A stretch of DNA of 64,000 bases from Octopus vulgaris (lineage: Eukaryota): contig OX597819.1 of assembly GCA_951406725.2 (NCBI GenBank), positions 48,732,001 through 48,796,000 on the forward strand, in the 5' to 3' direction. This document shows, one piece after another, positions 24,746-38,529 of the stretch; position 1 is the stretch's first letter; each line of letters starts with the position of its first letter. Below the pieces are notes generated by a model that worked only from the letters and a program-made list of their open reading frames with translations, made no database searches and was not told the DNA's origin. A program made the translations under genes and the position numbers.

Positions 24746-25333
24746 ATATATATATGGCTAGGAAGCAAACTTCTTAAACAAACAGCCTAAGTACTGTAAA
24801 CATCTTTACATTAATCTTTGGAAGGCCTGCAAAGACTACAGACATAACTCTTTCTTTCAGACCAAACCTTCAGATGAAATATATAATTTCCTTTTATATC
24901 TAAAGAGAAAATTGGGAAATGTGAAGTCGTTGTTCTTTGTCATTAATTTCTGAGCTACTAGTTGTGGCATTCATGCTAATATTTTTCCAGTTCTCACAGT
25001 TATATTGGCTCTGTAAGCAAAATTATCATGACTTAGCCATATGGGAGTGAAATATGATCTAAAGAATTCAAATAAATCCTACACAATAACAATTTTACAA
25101 CATATTCTGGAATTTCAACCAAGCTTCATTTCAGCCTTGTTGTATTTTCCCTCTAGACAGCATCTATGACACTCTCTTGTAACAGGATACACATCATGAT
25201 ACAGTGTATGTAAGTGCATATACATATGTATGTTTATGCATGTACATGAGAGTGTATATATATGTGTGTGTGTATATGTATGCACACACACACACACACA
25301 TGAGTGTAATATGGCTGTGTGTCTGAATGCGTA

Positions 25334-25383
<50 letters not shown>

Positions 25384-26207
25384 CACATACATACAGACAT
25401 ACATACATACATACATACATACATACATGTACAAACATGCATAAACACTTATATACATATATTTACATACACACACATTTATATATTGACATGTGTATCA
25501 TCTATAGTACCATACACAAACGTACACACTTATACATATTCACACGTATACATAGACATACGTATATATATATATATATACACACACGTGTACATACATG
25601 TACAGGAAAAAAAAAAAGAGAAAATATACAGAAACATATAGAGATACTTATACATACACACACATACATGCTAACACACAAATACATATATATACATACA
25701 CACGTGAGTGCATGCACGGACACTTAACAAAACCACACATACGTGTATGAGAGCACATGTATATAATGTGTGTATGTGTATATATGTTAATTATATGCAT
25801 ACATTATATATATATATTTTTTTTTTTTCCCCAAAAAATTTGTATTTCTCAAATAGTCACTTGGTGCATTGAAAAATATACAAAACATACGTTCGCTTTA
25901 CTTTTATTTCAAAGTTATATATTTTTTTATTTTTTTAAATATATATTTATTGATTTGTTTATTTAGAAAAAAACAGTAAAATAAACATTATAAAAAAAAA
26001 TTTAAAAGAAGAAGAAAGAGAGAAAATGTGTCTCTAGTTTCATAACAAGATTATTTGCTCTGAACAAGAACTTAATATTTGGATCAACTTTGATGTAAAA
26101 CTTCTTTGATTTAAAACTAAATTTACGACAGCGTTAATGAATTATCACAAACACATAAATATGCAAAAATACACATTCACACATATACATTCATACATAC
26201 AAACACA

Positions 26208-26239
<32 letters not shown>

Positions 26240-26269
26240 CATTCATACATGTGTGCATATATGTATATA

Positions 26270-26311
<42 letters not shown>

Positions 26312-26346
26312 AGATACAGATATAGCTGCATATGTGTGTATATGTC

Positions 26347-26397
<51 letters not shown>

Positions 26398-26515
26398 CTT
26401 ATCTACCTGTCTGTCTCTCTCTCACTCTCTCTCTCTTGCTGTCTTTATGTACACATGCACACACATATACATATCATCACCATCATCATTGTTTAATGTC
26501 TGCCTTCCATGCTAG

Positions 26516-26629
<114 letters not shown>

Positions 26630-26827
26630 GCACATACATACATACACAAATTTATAAAATGATAATTATTTTAGAAGTAGATTTGAATCTAATTTCTACA
26701 AATGATGACAATCTCACATAAAATTTACTTTTTCTCTTTTTTTCTGTCCTGCAAACCAGGTTTGGTTTTTTCTGAACCTATGAATGTCATTAAATGTTTT
26801 TGAATACAATATGAGAGAAGGAAAGAA

Positions 26828-26905
<78 letters not shown>

Positions 26906-27093
26906 AATTAGAAAAAGTAAGAAAGAAAAAAATTATGACACATTAATTAAACTCAAAAATTGTTTTTCTTTTTTAATTGAATTAGACAATAGTAAACATA
27001 CTGCTATTTTATGTGTGTATGTGTGTGTGTGCAAGTGTGAATATCTATGTATATATATGTATATATGTATGTGTGTCTATATATATATGTACG

Positions 27094-27143
<50 letters not shown>

Positions 27144-27254
27144 AATACATACAGACACATAAACACTTTTATACCTACATACATACATACAGATGCATTC
27201 ACATATCACTGATACTTTCAAATAAATGGAGCCTGTCAGAAATTTTACATTCAG

Positions 27255-27318
<64 letters not shown>

Positions 27319-27619
27319 GGGATGGTATTATTAAAAACCATCACGAGTGGCAAGTGATATTATATATTGTAGAAACAATGGATAACGAAGGTAGAGTATA
27401 GTAGGAACATTATTTATTCCAATGTTCATTCCTCCCTTGCAGGTGGAAACTATACAATAAATTATGGTACATCCCATGGCATCTTCAGGTGATGCAAATC
27501 AGTTCTCCATCACATAAGTAATGTTTTTAACTAGAGCATGTTGATAGTAAGTTGTATCTAAAATAGATTTTTAATTTTAAGTTATATACATACATACATA
27601 TACATACATATATGTATAC

Positions 27620-27690
<71 letters not shown>

Positions 27691-27842
27691 AAATGAAATA
27701 ATGAGGGTAGAAATTGATATTAATCAATTAAAGCTAGTGGGTTAGCATATCTTTAGCATATTAGGAATCTACTTAGGTCGTCATTCTTCTTAATTTGTAT
27801 GTATATATATATATATGTGCGTGTGTGTTTGTGTGTGCGTGT

Positions 27843-28196
27843 GGAGGTCAATGGCCCAGAGGTTAGGGCAGTGGACTCGCGGCCATAGGATCACAGTTTC
27901 GATTCCCAGACAGGGTGTTGTGAGTGTTTATTGAGCAAAAACATCTAACACTCCACGAGGTTCTGGCAGTGGGCGGTGGCGAACTCTGCTGTACTCTTCT
28001 GCCACAACTCTCTCTCACTCTGTATTTCAAAGGCCCAGTCTTGTAACACTCTGTGTCATGCTGAATCTCCCTGAGAACTATGTTAAAGGTACACGTATCT
28101 GTGGAGTGCTCAGCCACTTGCACATTAATTTTGCGAGCAGGCTGTTCCGTTGATCAGATCAACTGGAACCCTTGTCATCGTAACCGACAGAGTACT
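27843..28196 (+). mobile_element. SINE C, near full length
   Basis: A/B boxes; body matches 13632-14011. Confidence 0.85.
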
Positions 28197-28224
28197 AAAA
28201 TATATATATATATTTATATTCTGA

Positions 28225-29175
28225 TTCCTGTCCCATGTGAGTATGCCCGGCACTTTACCACCATCTCTATCCTAATGTCTCCCACTCTCTCTCTCCTTCT
28301 CCTGCACTTCCCTCGGGTTGGGTAACCATATATCTCCTTTGTGAAAGCACACCTGTTTCTGTCTTCATTCCTGATCTCGCTCTCTTGCTCTTTCTCTTAC
28401 TGGCCAGGTAACCTTGTACCTCCTCTACAGCAAGACACCTGTTTCTGTCTCCTTTTATCATCTGACACAAGATCACCTCTGCCAATGCCCCCTCCCTCTC
28501 AAAAGATTTTTGTCTTGCAAGTTACTTGGTGATCCTGTCAGTGCAGGTGCTACTTAAAAAGCATCCAATCCACACTGTAAAGTGGTTGGCATTTGGAAGG
28601 GCATGCAGCTGTAAAATCCTTGCTAAAACTGACCTCATCTGTGCTTCATCATCATCATCATTTAACGTCCGTTTTCCATGCTAACAAGGGTTGGACAATT
28701 TGACAGAGGACTGGCGAACCAGATGGCTGCGCCAGGCTCCAATCTGATCTGACAGAGTTTCTACAGCTGGATGCCCTTCCTAACACCAACCACTCCGAGA
28801 GTGTAGTGGGTGCTTTTGTGTTCCACCAGCACGAGGGCCAGTCTGGCGGAACTGGCAACGGCCACACTCGAAATGGTGTTTTTTACATGCCACCTGCACA
28901 GGAGTCAGTCCAGCAGCACTGGCAACGACCTCGCTCAAATGTTTTGTTCACGTGCCAGTAAGGCAACACTGGTAATGATCATGTTCAAATTGTACTACTT
29001 AGAAAACACTAAGTCCACTCTCCTGGGTGGTTGGTGTTAGAAAGGGTATCTAGCATACATATCTTGCCAAAACAGTCACAGAAATCTGGTGCAGGCTTCT
29101 GCCTGGTCAGCTCCTATCAAACTGTCCCACCCATGCCAGCATGGAAGGCGGACATTAAACAATGATGATGATGAT
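28225..29175 (+). mobile_element. RTE 3' UTR-type repeats with an opposite-strand copy nested at 28646-28990
   Basis: Plus-strand tail motifs at 28540-28630 and 29010-29175; minus copy starts with (CAT)n at 28646. Confidence 0.7.
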
Positions 29176-29224
29176 TTATATATATGTATACACATATATA
29201 TAGGCATATAAATATATATGTATG

Positions 29225-29600
29225 TTTATATTGTTATATATTTGGGGATAGTCATCATTGCCAATATACACATGCACTATTTATTTGATCTATACCTTAA
29301 CTTTATTATTGCCACTAGTTTATTTGTCAGAGTTCTTTTGTCACACATTCTGTGACCTCTTCAATGGCTTGTCTACAAGTCAATACTGTCTCTTACTTTT
29401 TGTGTTAGCAGTATAATATAGTAGGAAAATGAACTACTGTGATCTTACCGTTAATTAACATGTATGCAGCAATTGCCAAGAAACTTAGTGGGTATTTAAA
29501 CAATATATTTGTGGATAGTTAATGCATTGGATGTAGTACTGATGAAACATCAATAAATTTTGAAAAATGCATATACACCTATTATCTATATTTTTCTATC
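29225..29600 (-). mobile_element. Decayed Penelope-like 3' end / pLTR
   Basis: Reverse complement reads LNT..KFLGNCCIHVN-like end (frameshifted), then TTGAAGA GGTCAC agaatgt GTGAC AAAA hammerhead-like remnant. Confidence 0.4.
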
Positions 29601-29620
29601 TTCTATTGCATAGTTTACAT

Positions 29621-29805
29621 CAGTGGTCTCCAAAGTGGTTAATATCAACCCCTGGGGGTCGACGGGACTATTCAAGGCGTCGATAAATGCACATCTACTT
29701 AATTATTATTACTATTTATTTATTTTCTTGTACATGCCTGGGGGTCAATGAGAAATCAAGGATTCCATGAAGAGGTCGATGGTCTAAAAAGTTTGATGAC
29801 CCCTG
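29621..29805. mobile_element. hAT (Charlie-type) MITE
   Basis: TIRs CAG(T/G)GGTC..CAAA; perfect 8-bp TSD GTTTACAT (29613-29620, 29806-29813). Confidence 0.9.
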
Positions 29806-29916
29806 GTTTACATAGACATATTCGCATATGAAATGTAGCTGACAGTGCTGGCTCTGAATTCTATAGAAAATCTATAATGATAAAGTTAAAAGTGATATAT
29901 ATATATATATATATAC

Positions 29917-30268
29917 TTTTCTACTCTTTTACTTGTTTCAGTCATTTGACTGTGGCCATGCTGGAGCACCGCCTTTAGTCAAGCAAATCAACCTCAGGAC
30001 TTATTCTTTGGAAGCCTAGTACTTATTCTATCGGTCCCTTTTGCCAAATTGCTAAGTTACGGGACGTAAATACACCACCAGTGTCAAGTGATGTTGGGGG
30101 AACAAACACAGACATACAAACATACACACACACACATATATACGATGGGCTTCTTTCAGTTTCCGTCTACCAAATCCACTCACAAGGCTTTAGTCGGCCC
30201 AAGGCTATAGTAGAAGTCACTTGCCCAAGGTGCCATGCAGTGGGAATGAATCCGAAACCATGTGGTTG
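29917..30268 (-). mobile_element. SINE A
   Basis: Collinear with 43226-43605. Confidence 0.88.
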
Positions 30269-30465
30269 ATAGCCCATGCTATGAAGTGGGTGGCATTAAG
30301 AAGGGTACCAGCTGTAAAAACTACACCAAAGCAGACAGTAGTGTTTGGTGCAGTTCTCTTATGTGCCAGGTCCAGTAAAACTGTTCAACATATGAGATGA
30401 CGATGAGGAGGAGGATGATGATTATGTGTGTGCATGTGTATGTGTGTGTGTATATATATATAAAA

Positions 30466-30722
30466 AACGATAAACGTTGCCCTTTTCAAGCCTAGCCAGG
30501 CTCATGGGCCCAGTTTCCCAGTCTCTGTGGTGTATGTGTTCCCCCCAGCTGGACGGGACGCCAGTCCACTGCAGTGTTCCTCAAGAAACAGGAAGAGAGA
30601 GTGAGATAAAGTTGTGGAGCCCCGTGAAACTTTTTAAGTGTTTTTGCTCAATAAACACACACAATGCCCAGTCTGGGAATTGAAACCGCGAGTCTGCTGC
30701 CCTAACCACTGGACCATTGCAC
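30466..30722 (-). mobile_element. SINE with family-C head and V-domain-like body
   Basis: Head as in SINE C; reverse complement TGGACTGGCGTCCCGTCCAGCTGGGGGG..GAAACTGGG resembles the V-SINE domain. Confidence 0.65.
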
Positions 30723-31302
30723 TTTTGATCTTCTGTGAGCAAACAAGGCACAAATTTTGCTGCAACTCTTTTCATTTGAAATTCTTTCCTCAAAATTCAT
30801 TAGCAGGAGCTCCAGGACACATGTCATATCAACAAGTTCGGTAATTGTTTGGCAATGGTCCTCCAAGAAAAGTTCATGAATTTCGTGATGTTTTCATTTG
30901 TCCAGTGGGATCAGCAATTGCCCTGAATATGGTTGGTCTTCAAGTGACAAGTGACCATTCCTAAAGTGTGAAAACCACTTGTAAACCTGTTTCACTCATA
31001 GCAGTTTCCTTGTAAGCTGTTTGAAGTATGACAATTGTTTTGGCTGCCATTTTCCCCAGCAGAAAGCAGAATTTCACAGAAGCACACTGTTCCTTCATTT
31101 CAGCCATTGCAAAAGTCAATGAACAGGAGAGGAGCACTGCAAAGCAAAGATGCACCTCGTGGCAGTACAACATCAATTGACACTGCCAGTCAGAAGACTG
31201 ATGCCTAAGGGTTGTATCAAGTGACTTCTAGTGACAGAAGCCAGAACAACAATGGGCTTGTACTACAAAGAATGTTTCCGGTTACTTTTGAGTACCTCCT
31301 CG
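30723..31302 (-). mobile_element. mariner 5' half (irritans-like) with TIR
   Basis: TA|CGAGGAGGTACTCAAAAGTAACCGG; MAEMKEQCASVKFCFLLGKMAAKT..MKRVAAKFVPCLLTEDQK. Confidence 0.85.
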
Positions 31303-31304
31303 TA

Positions 31305-31585
31305 TGTATGGCCTAGTGGTTAAGTTGTTGCACTACAATAATGAGATTTTGGTTTCAATTCCTGGACTGGGCTGTACTTTGTATTCTTGAGCAAAACACT
31401 TCATCTCACATTGCTTTGACACTTGATGGGTGGCACACCATGCACTTGTACAAGTAATGTCGATTTGATGGAGAGAGTGAGCTAGTGCGCAGCACGAACA
31501 TTTGATCACTATAAACAAATCATCTGTCCATGTTGTTCAGTAAAAAATTGCAGAAGCTTCTTTCTCAGACCCAAGAGACTATTAT
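31305..31585 (+). mobile_element. SINE family D (second copy at 58137-58428)
   Basis: TGGCCTAGTGG A box; TTCTTGAGCAAAA.ACTTCATCTCAC CORE-like segment; GCACGAACATTTGA.CACTAT shared. Confidence 0.75.
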
Positions 31586-31684
31586 TCTATGTATGTATGT
31601 ATGTATGTACGTATGTGTGTACGCATGCATATACATGCATATATATGTATTTTTGTACATATATATGCACATATGTATATCATT

Positions 31685-32002
31685 ATTCAGAGAAAGGGCC
31701 AGTTTCTAACTTAGATCCAAGGTTCCTTCATTGGAATTTCAACAAAAACAATAGGTTATTTTATGTTTGCATGTATGTATATGTGCAGATTTGTATGTTT
31801 TGTTTTATGTATGTATTTTCATGCATATATTCACATATCTAGAGATATATACTTAAATGATAAACTTTTGGAAAGTTTTACAGATTTTTACAGTTCCAGT
31901 GATGGATTGGATCTGTAGTCTTTGAATCAGCTTTCTCTTTTCTGGTTTTGAGAACCCTAATTTCTTAAGATTGGTATTTAGGCAGTGTTTTACATATCCC
32001 GG
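31685..32002 (-). mobile_element. 3' end of a retroelement with a restriction-like-endonuclease-type C-terminus
   Basis: GYVKHCLNTNLKKLGFSKPEKRKLIQRLQIQSITGTVKICKTFQKFII*; related peptide LQVQSISGIVKICKTFQRF on + at 34203-34281. Confidence 0.65.
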
Positions 32003-32029
32003 TGTATGTATGTTTGTATGTATGTATGT

Positions 32030-32401
32030 ATCTTTTATCTCTTGTTTGTTTCAGTCATTAGACTGTGACTGTGCTGGGGCACCACCTTGAATGATATAAG
32101 TTGAATGAATCAACCCCAATACTTAGTTCTTGTTTGTTAAGGTTGGTACTTATTCCAACAGTTTCTTTTTGCTGAAGTGCTAAGTTGTCAATCAGGGGCG
32201 TGCGGACAATCACAGACGCAAAGGCACACACACACACACACACACATATGTATATATACAATAGGCTTCTTTCAGTTTCCATCTATTAAATCCACTCACA
32301 AAGCTTTAGGTTATAGAAGACACTTGCCCAAGGTGCCATGCAGGGAGACTGAACCTGGAACCATATGGCCGGGAAGCAAGCTTCTTCCCACACAGCCATG
32401 C
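32030..32401 (-). mobile_element. SINE A
   Basis: Tail, (CA)n, head. Confidence 0.8.
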
Positions 32402-33265
32402 CAGCACGTATGTATGTATGTATGTATGTATGTATGTATGTATGTATGTATGTATGTATGTATGTATGCATGTATGTATGCATGCATGCATGTATGTATT
32501 ATGTATGTATGTATGTATGTATGTATGTAGGTAGGTAGGTATGTATGTATGTTATGTCTATATCTATCCATCTATCTACGCGCGCGCACATACACACACA
32601 CACATCGAATCAGAATTATGGAAATAATGCAGACAATTTTTTTTTCAAAGAACTCATTTAGAATTGAATGTAGGACACATTTTATGCATTTAAACTAAAC
32701 GTCCAGACACAAAGAACAGACAAAACGAGGTAAAAGCAAAAATGCACAAAACAAAAACATAACGGTGTAACTGGTGCAAACACTTATACGAAAAAATTAA
32801 CATTGTCATTATTTTTTTTTTTTTGGTTATGTTTATTATTTTGCAATTGATTCTTGCCGATAAAAATCACAACAAAAAGTAGACATTCTCGTGATTATTA
32901 CTTATATATAAAACAACAACATCAACAAAAAAGTATAAAAACTTTCCTCTCGATTATGCCTAGTCAACCAGCCAAGCATTTAATGTCTCTGTCTGCGGAG
33001 ATATTGTGTAACAACAGCAGCGATAGCTGTAGTTGTGGTCATGGCTACAACGGCAGACGTTTGAACAAAATGGAGTGGAGAGGTTGTAATAATGTAATAT
33101 TGTCCAATCATTTGTTAGACATTCAAACAAATATTCTTTATTTCACTAATATTGATTTTTATTTTTGATTAGGCACAAGGCCATTATTTTTTTTTGTTAT
33201 TTTCATTTTCTATTTATCTATTCATATGTGTGTGAGTGTGCGTGTGTATGTATAAATATACATAG

Positions 33266-33299
<34 letters not shown>

Positions 33300-33330
33300 T
33301 ATATATACACACACATATATATACATACAG

Positions 33331-33445
<115 letters not shown>

Positions 33446-34281
33446 TATATTCAAATATACATGCATGTATATATATACATACGCACACATACACATGTAT
33501 TTATGTACGTATAAATTGTTTGAGACAGGTGAAGTTTATTGAATCAACACAGTATATTTGTTGTTGTTGGTACTTGTTCTATAAACCTGCGGGAATCAAA
33601 GGCAATAATGGCTCCAATGGGGATTTAAAACTTGACGTACCAACTACTGGGTTAGATAAAGTGTTATGTTGTCATATTTGCTTTTACCAGTCTCTTTTAA
33701 GTTACTTTAATATTGATATCTGATGTTGGCAATACAGCTACAACTTTTCAAATGAACTGGGTTAGAACGGGATATAAGACTATGTGGACGAATCGATAAA
33801 AAGAAACATACATACATGCATACAGGCATGCATGCATGCATGCATGCATACATACATACATACATACATACATACATACATACATACATACATACATGCA
33901 TACATACATTCATACATACATACATACGTACATACATACATAGGTATGGCTGTGTGTTAAGAAGTTTGTTTCCCAACTACATGGTTTCAGGTTGAGTCCC
34001 AATGTATGGCACCTTGGCCACGTGTCTTCTACTATAGCTCCAGATTGACCAAAAACCTTGTAAGTGGATCTGATCAATGGAGACTTGAAAGGACCCTGTT
34101 GTATATATGTATATGTGTGTGTGTGTGTGTTCAGTTCATAGAAAAGTAGATGAAAAACGACGATGATGGTAATGATAATAGCAATGATGATGATGATATA
34201 TACACAAAGAAACTGTTACACATCCTCCAAGTTCAATCTATTAGTGGCATTGTGAAAATTTGTAAGACTTTCCAAAGATTT

Positions 34282-35125
34282 GGCTGTGTTGTAAGAAGTT
34301 TGCCTCCAAACCACATGGTTCCAGTTAGTCCCACTGCATGGCACCTTGGGCAAATGTCTTTTACTGTAGCCTCAGGCCAACTAAAGCCTTGTGAGTGGAT
34401 TTCGTAGCAAGGCAAGGAAACTGAAAGAAGCCTGTTGTATGTGTGTGTGTGTGTGTGATCATCATCATCATCGTCGTCATTGAATGTCTGCTTTCCATGC
34501 TGGCATGGGTTGGACAGTTTGACTGAGGACTGGCAAGCCAGGAGGCTGCAGCAGGCTCCAATTTGATTTGGCAAGGTTTCTACAGCTGGATGCCCTTCCT
34601 AACACCAACTATTCCGAGTGTAGTGGGTGCTTTTTACGTGTCACTGGCTCAAGAGCCAGGCAGGTGGTACTGGCATTGGCCATACTTGAATGGTGCTTTT
34701 TACATACCACCGGCATGGAAGCCAGTCATGTGGAACTGGTATTGGCCATGCTCAAATGGTGCTTTTTGTGTGCCACTGGCATGGGTGCCAGTCAGGTGGC
34801 TCTGGCATCGGTCACGATTGAAGGGTGCTTTTAAATGGGCCAGTTGTGCGGCACTGACATCAACCACAACTACGATGCTAGTGTCATATGTATGTGTGTG
34901 TGTGTATGTCTCTGTGTCTGTGTTTGTTCTTCAGCACAACTTGACAACTGTGATTGATTTGTTTACATACTTATTAACTAGTGGTTTGACAAAAAGAGAC
35001 CAAGGGAATAAGTACTAAGCTTAAAAAAAAAAAATCATGGGGTCAATTCAGTCAAGTGAGAAATTCTTTGAGGTGGTGCCCTAGCATGGCCACAGTCTAA
35101 TGACTTGAAACAAGTAAAAGATAAG
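34282..35125 (+). mobile_element. SINE A with an RTE 3' UTR copy (34457-34880, minus) inserted in its internal (TG)n
   Basis: Head 34282-34438, tail 34890-35125. Confidence 0.8.
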
Positions 35126-35179
35126 ATTTCATAAGCAAATATATGCACATGCTTGGCTGTGTGCATATGTAAGGACATT

Positions 35180-35558
35180 CTTTTATTCTTGGCTGTGCTG
35201 GAGCACCGCCTTTAGTGGAAAAAATCGACCCGGAAGTTATTTTTTGTAAGCCTAGTAATTATTCTATCGGTATCTTTTGTTGAACCGCTAAGTTACAGGG
35301 ATGTAAACACACCAGCACTGATTGTCAAGTGATGGGGGGGGGGGATAAACAGACACATAAACATACACACACACAGATACACACACACACACATGCACAC
35401 ACACACACATGTAGGGCTTTTTTCTACCAAATCCACTCACAAAGCTTTGGTCAGCCCTATGCTATAGCAGAAGACATTTGTTCAAGGCACCACGCAGTGG
35501 GACTGAACCCAGAACCATGTGGTTGAGAAGCAAGCTTCTTACCACACAGCCACTCCTG
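35180..35558 (-). mobile_element. SINE A
   Basis: Tail, (CA)n, head. Confidence 0.85.
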
Positions 35559-35809
35559 CATACAAAAAGTAATCATGTACACATGCTCATGCACAAACAA
35601 TTAAGTCCTAAAGAGACATGTTGCAGAGAACATAAGTGCAGATGCATATACATGCATATATACACACACTAACTCAACAGTATATTTACAAAGCCATGAA
35701 ACTTTCTTTAACACAAAAACTTTTGTTGCTTTGTTAGTGACTAGCTTGAACTCCATTAAGAAGAACTTCAATAAGTCTCAAAGAATAACACAAACATACA
35801 TATTTACAT

Positions 35810-36422
35810 ACACATACATAAATATATATATATATATATAGATAGATATATACATACTCATACATATATACATGCACATACATACATATATACATACATA
35901 TATATATTCATACATATATACATGCATATATATATATACACATACGCATACATACATACATACACATACATAAATACATACATATATACATATATACATA
36001 TACATATATACATATACATACATAAATATATACATACACATACATAAATATATACATACACATACATAAATATATACATACATATATATACATACACATA
36101 CATAAATACATACATATATATACACATACATGCATACACATACATATATACATACACATACATACATACATTCACATACATAAATACATACATATATACA
36201 TACATACACACCTACATATATATATTTATATATATATACACATAAATACATACATACATATATACACACATACACATATATACATTCATACACATAAATA
36301 TATGCATACACATAGATACATAAATGCATACATATACATACATATATACGTATATATACATACATACACAGCTATACACATATGCATGCATGTGTGCATA
36401 CACACACACATGCACAGACATG
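35810..36422. repeat. Degenerate (TACA)n/(TA)n microsatellite
   Basis: Directly visible. Confidence 0.93.
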
Positions 36423-36714
36423 TACTAGTTGACCAGATCTGGAAAGGAGGACATTGTATATGTCGTAGAATTGTAATAACAACAATAAACATGTCAAATT
36501 GTGTAACATATTGTTAAGGAATTTGTTTGGGTTCCTCTTTTCAACAATAGAAATTATGACTTTGACAGATAAATAAATAAATAAATGATAACAGGTTGTT
36601 GTTAAGAAGATTGCCTTGTAAACACATCGTTACAGGTTCAGTCCCACTATTTGGCACCTTGGGTATGTGTTTCCTACTATAAGTTAAATGAGCTGAAGAG
36701 AGATTGAACTAATT

Positions 36715-37022
36715 ATCATCATCATCGTCGTCATTGTTTAATGTCTGCTTTCCATGCTGGCATGGGTTGGATGGTTTGACTGAGAACTAGCAAGCCAGAA
36801 GGCTGTACCAGGCTCCAATCTGATCTGGCAAGGTTACTACTGTTGGATACCCTTCCTAACACCAACCACTCCGAGAGTGTAGTGGTTGCTTTTTACATGC
36901 CACTGGCATGATGGCCAGTCAGGCAGTACTGGCATTGACCACGCTTGAATGGTGCTTTTTATGTACCACCGGCATGGGAGCCAGTCAGGTGGCACTGGCA
37001 ATGACTGCACTCAAATGATGCT
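36715..37022 (-). mobile_element. RTE 3' UTR copy with 2-3 modules
   Basis: Standard tail; GGTGCTTTTTATGTACCACCGGCA. Confidence 0.8.
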
Positions 37023-37149
37023 AATGTCAATGTTAATGTACTAGCAATATGTGTATTAGATTTATATTTACCTGTCATTAGTGTATTGTGTTTGTGTTGT
37101 TTAATTGCACCTTTTCTTCACAGCCAGTCTCCACATCACAATGGCATAT

Positions 37150-37740
37150 TCTTTTATTCTTTTGCCATGGCCATGCTGGAGCACTGCTTTAAAGGATTTT
37201 TAGTCAAAGAAATCAACTCCAGGAATTATTCTTTGTAAGCCTAGTACTTTTTCTATTGGTTTCCTTTTGCTGAACTGCTAAGTTACAGGGACGTAAACAC
37301 ATCAACATTGGTTGTCAAGTGATGGTGGGGGCAAACACACACACAATAATATATATATATATATACTATTGTGTCTGGGGAGAGTCATTCTCTTTTAGTA
37401 CTTTTATAATTTAACACACACACTGGTAAAATTTCCACTCATTTCCTTCTTTATTTTTCTAAAATTTAATTGCATCTTGCAACCTTAGTCAACAACTATT
37501 GAAAAGGTTGCAAGACGCAATGGAAACAGAATATGCTTCAACACACGAACTCACATAAAGAATTTTGCAAACCAAATCCAAAAACGAAATGTATATATGT
37601 GACGGGCTTCTTTCAGCTTCTGTCAACTAAACCCACTCACAAGGGTTTTGTCAGCCCAAGGCTATAGTAAAAGACACTTGCCCAAGGTGTCACCATGTGT
37701 GGTTGGGAAGCAAGCTTCTTACCACACAGCTATGTCTGTG
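37150..37740 (-). mobile_element. SINE A with a ~230-bp insert (37365-37595) containing an 18-bp inverted repeat
   Basis: Tail 37150-37345, head 37600-37740; IR at 37469-37486 / 37504-37521. Confidence 0.75.
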
Positions 37741-38192
37741 CCTAGTGCAAAAAAAACAAAAATTATCTTTTCTGCTTTTAGCATTACATTCAAATCTTTG
37801 GTCGACTCTTAGTTAAATATAATAATTTTAGTTAGCATTCATCTAAGAATCTTTAAACAAGAACATGAAAAATTTAAAACATCAACCATTCTCCATTGCA
37901 ACAATGAACAGCTTCCTACTCATGTATGTTGACGTACATGTTTCATACAATTTGAGCAGGCAGGAAGTTGCAAGTTTAAAAATATAAAACATACATCGCA
38001 TAGTATGCAGCCACCATGTTATAAATTAATTTTTATAAAACTAAACTTTATGTTGGTGTTATTATTATTTATAAAACAGAGTATAGAATATGAAGAAGTG
38101 AGCATTGCACAGCCTTCACATCCTGTTTGACCATGGTTGGTTCCAATAATTATTTTAACTAGTCATATATGTCACAATATTTCTACTGCTGA

Positions 38193-38408
38193 AAGGTGGC
38201 AAGCTGGCAGAAACGTTAGTATGCTGGGCGAAATGCTTAGCAGTATATCGTCTGTCTTTACATTCTGAGTTCAAATTCTACTAAGGTCAACTTTTCCTTT
38301 CATCCTTTCAGGGTCAATAAATTAAGTACCAGTTGCGTACTGGTGTTTATTTAATTGACTGGCCCCCTCCCCCTAAATTTCAGGCCTTGTGCCTAGAGCA
38401 GGAAAGAA
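38193..38408 (+). mobile_element. SINE family E (Nin/Deu-domain-like), full length with TSD
   Basis: CCTTTCATCCTTTCAGGGTCAATAAATTAAGTACC core; ~17-bp TSD AATAT(T/A)TCTACTG(C/T)TGA. Confidence 0.85.
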
Positions 38409-38529
38409 TATATCTACTGTTGACCAAAAATATATTGCGATTACCATAGAAGACTATGATGTCTTCATCCACCAGTTATACAAGACAGAGAAGGATTACA
38501 TTTGATTATCATTTGAATGAAATATTAGT

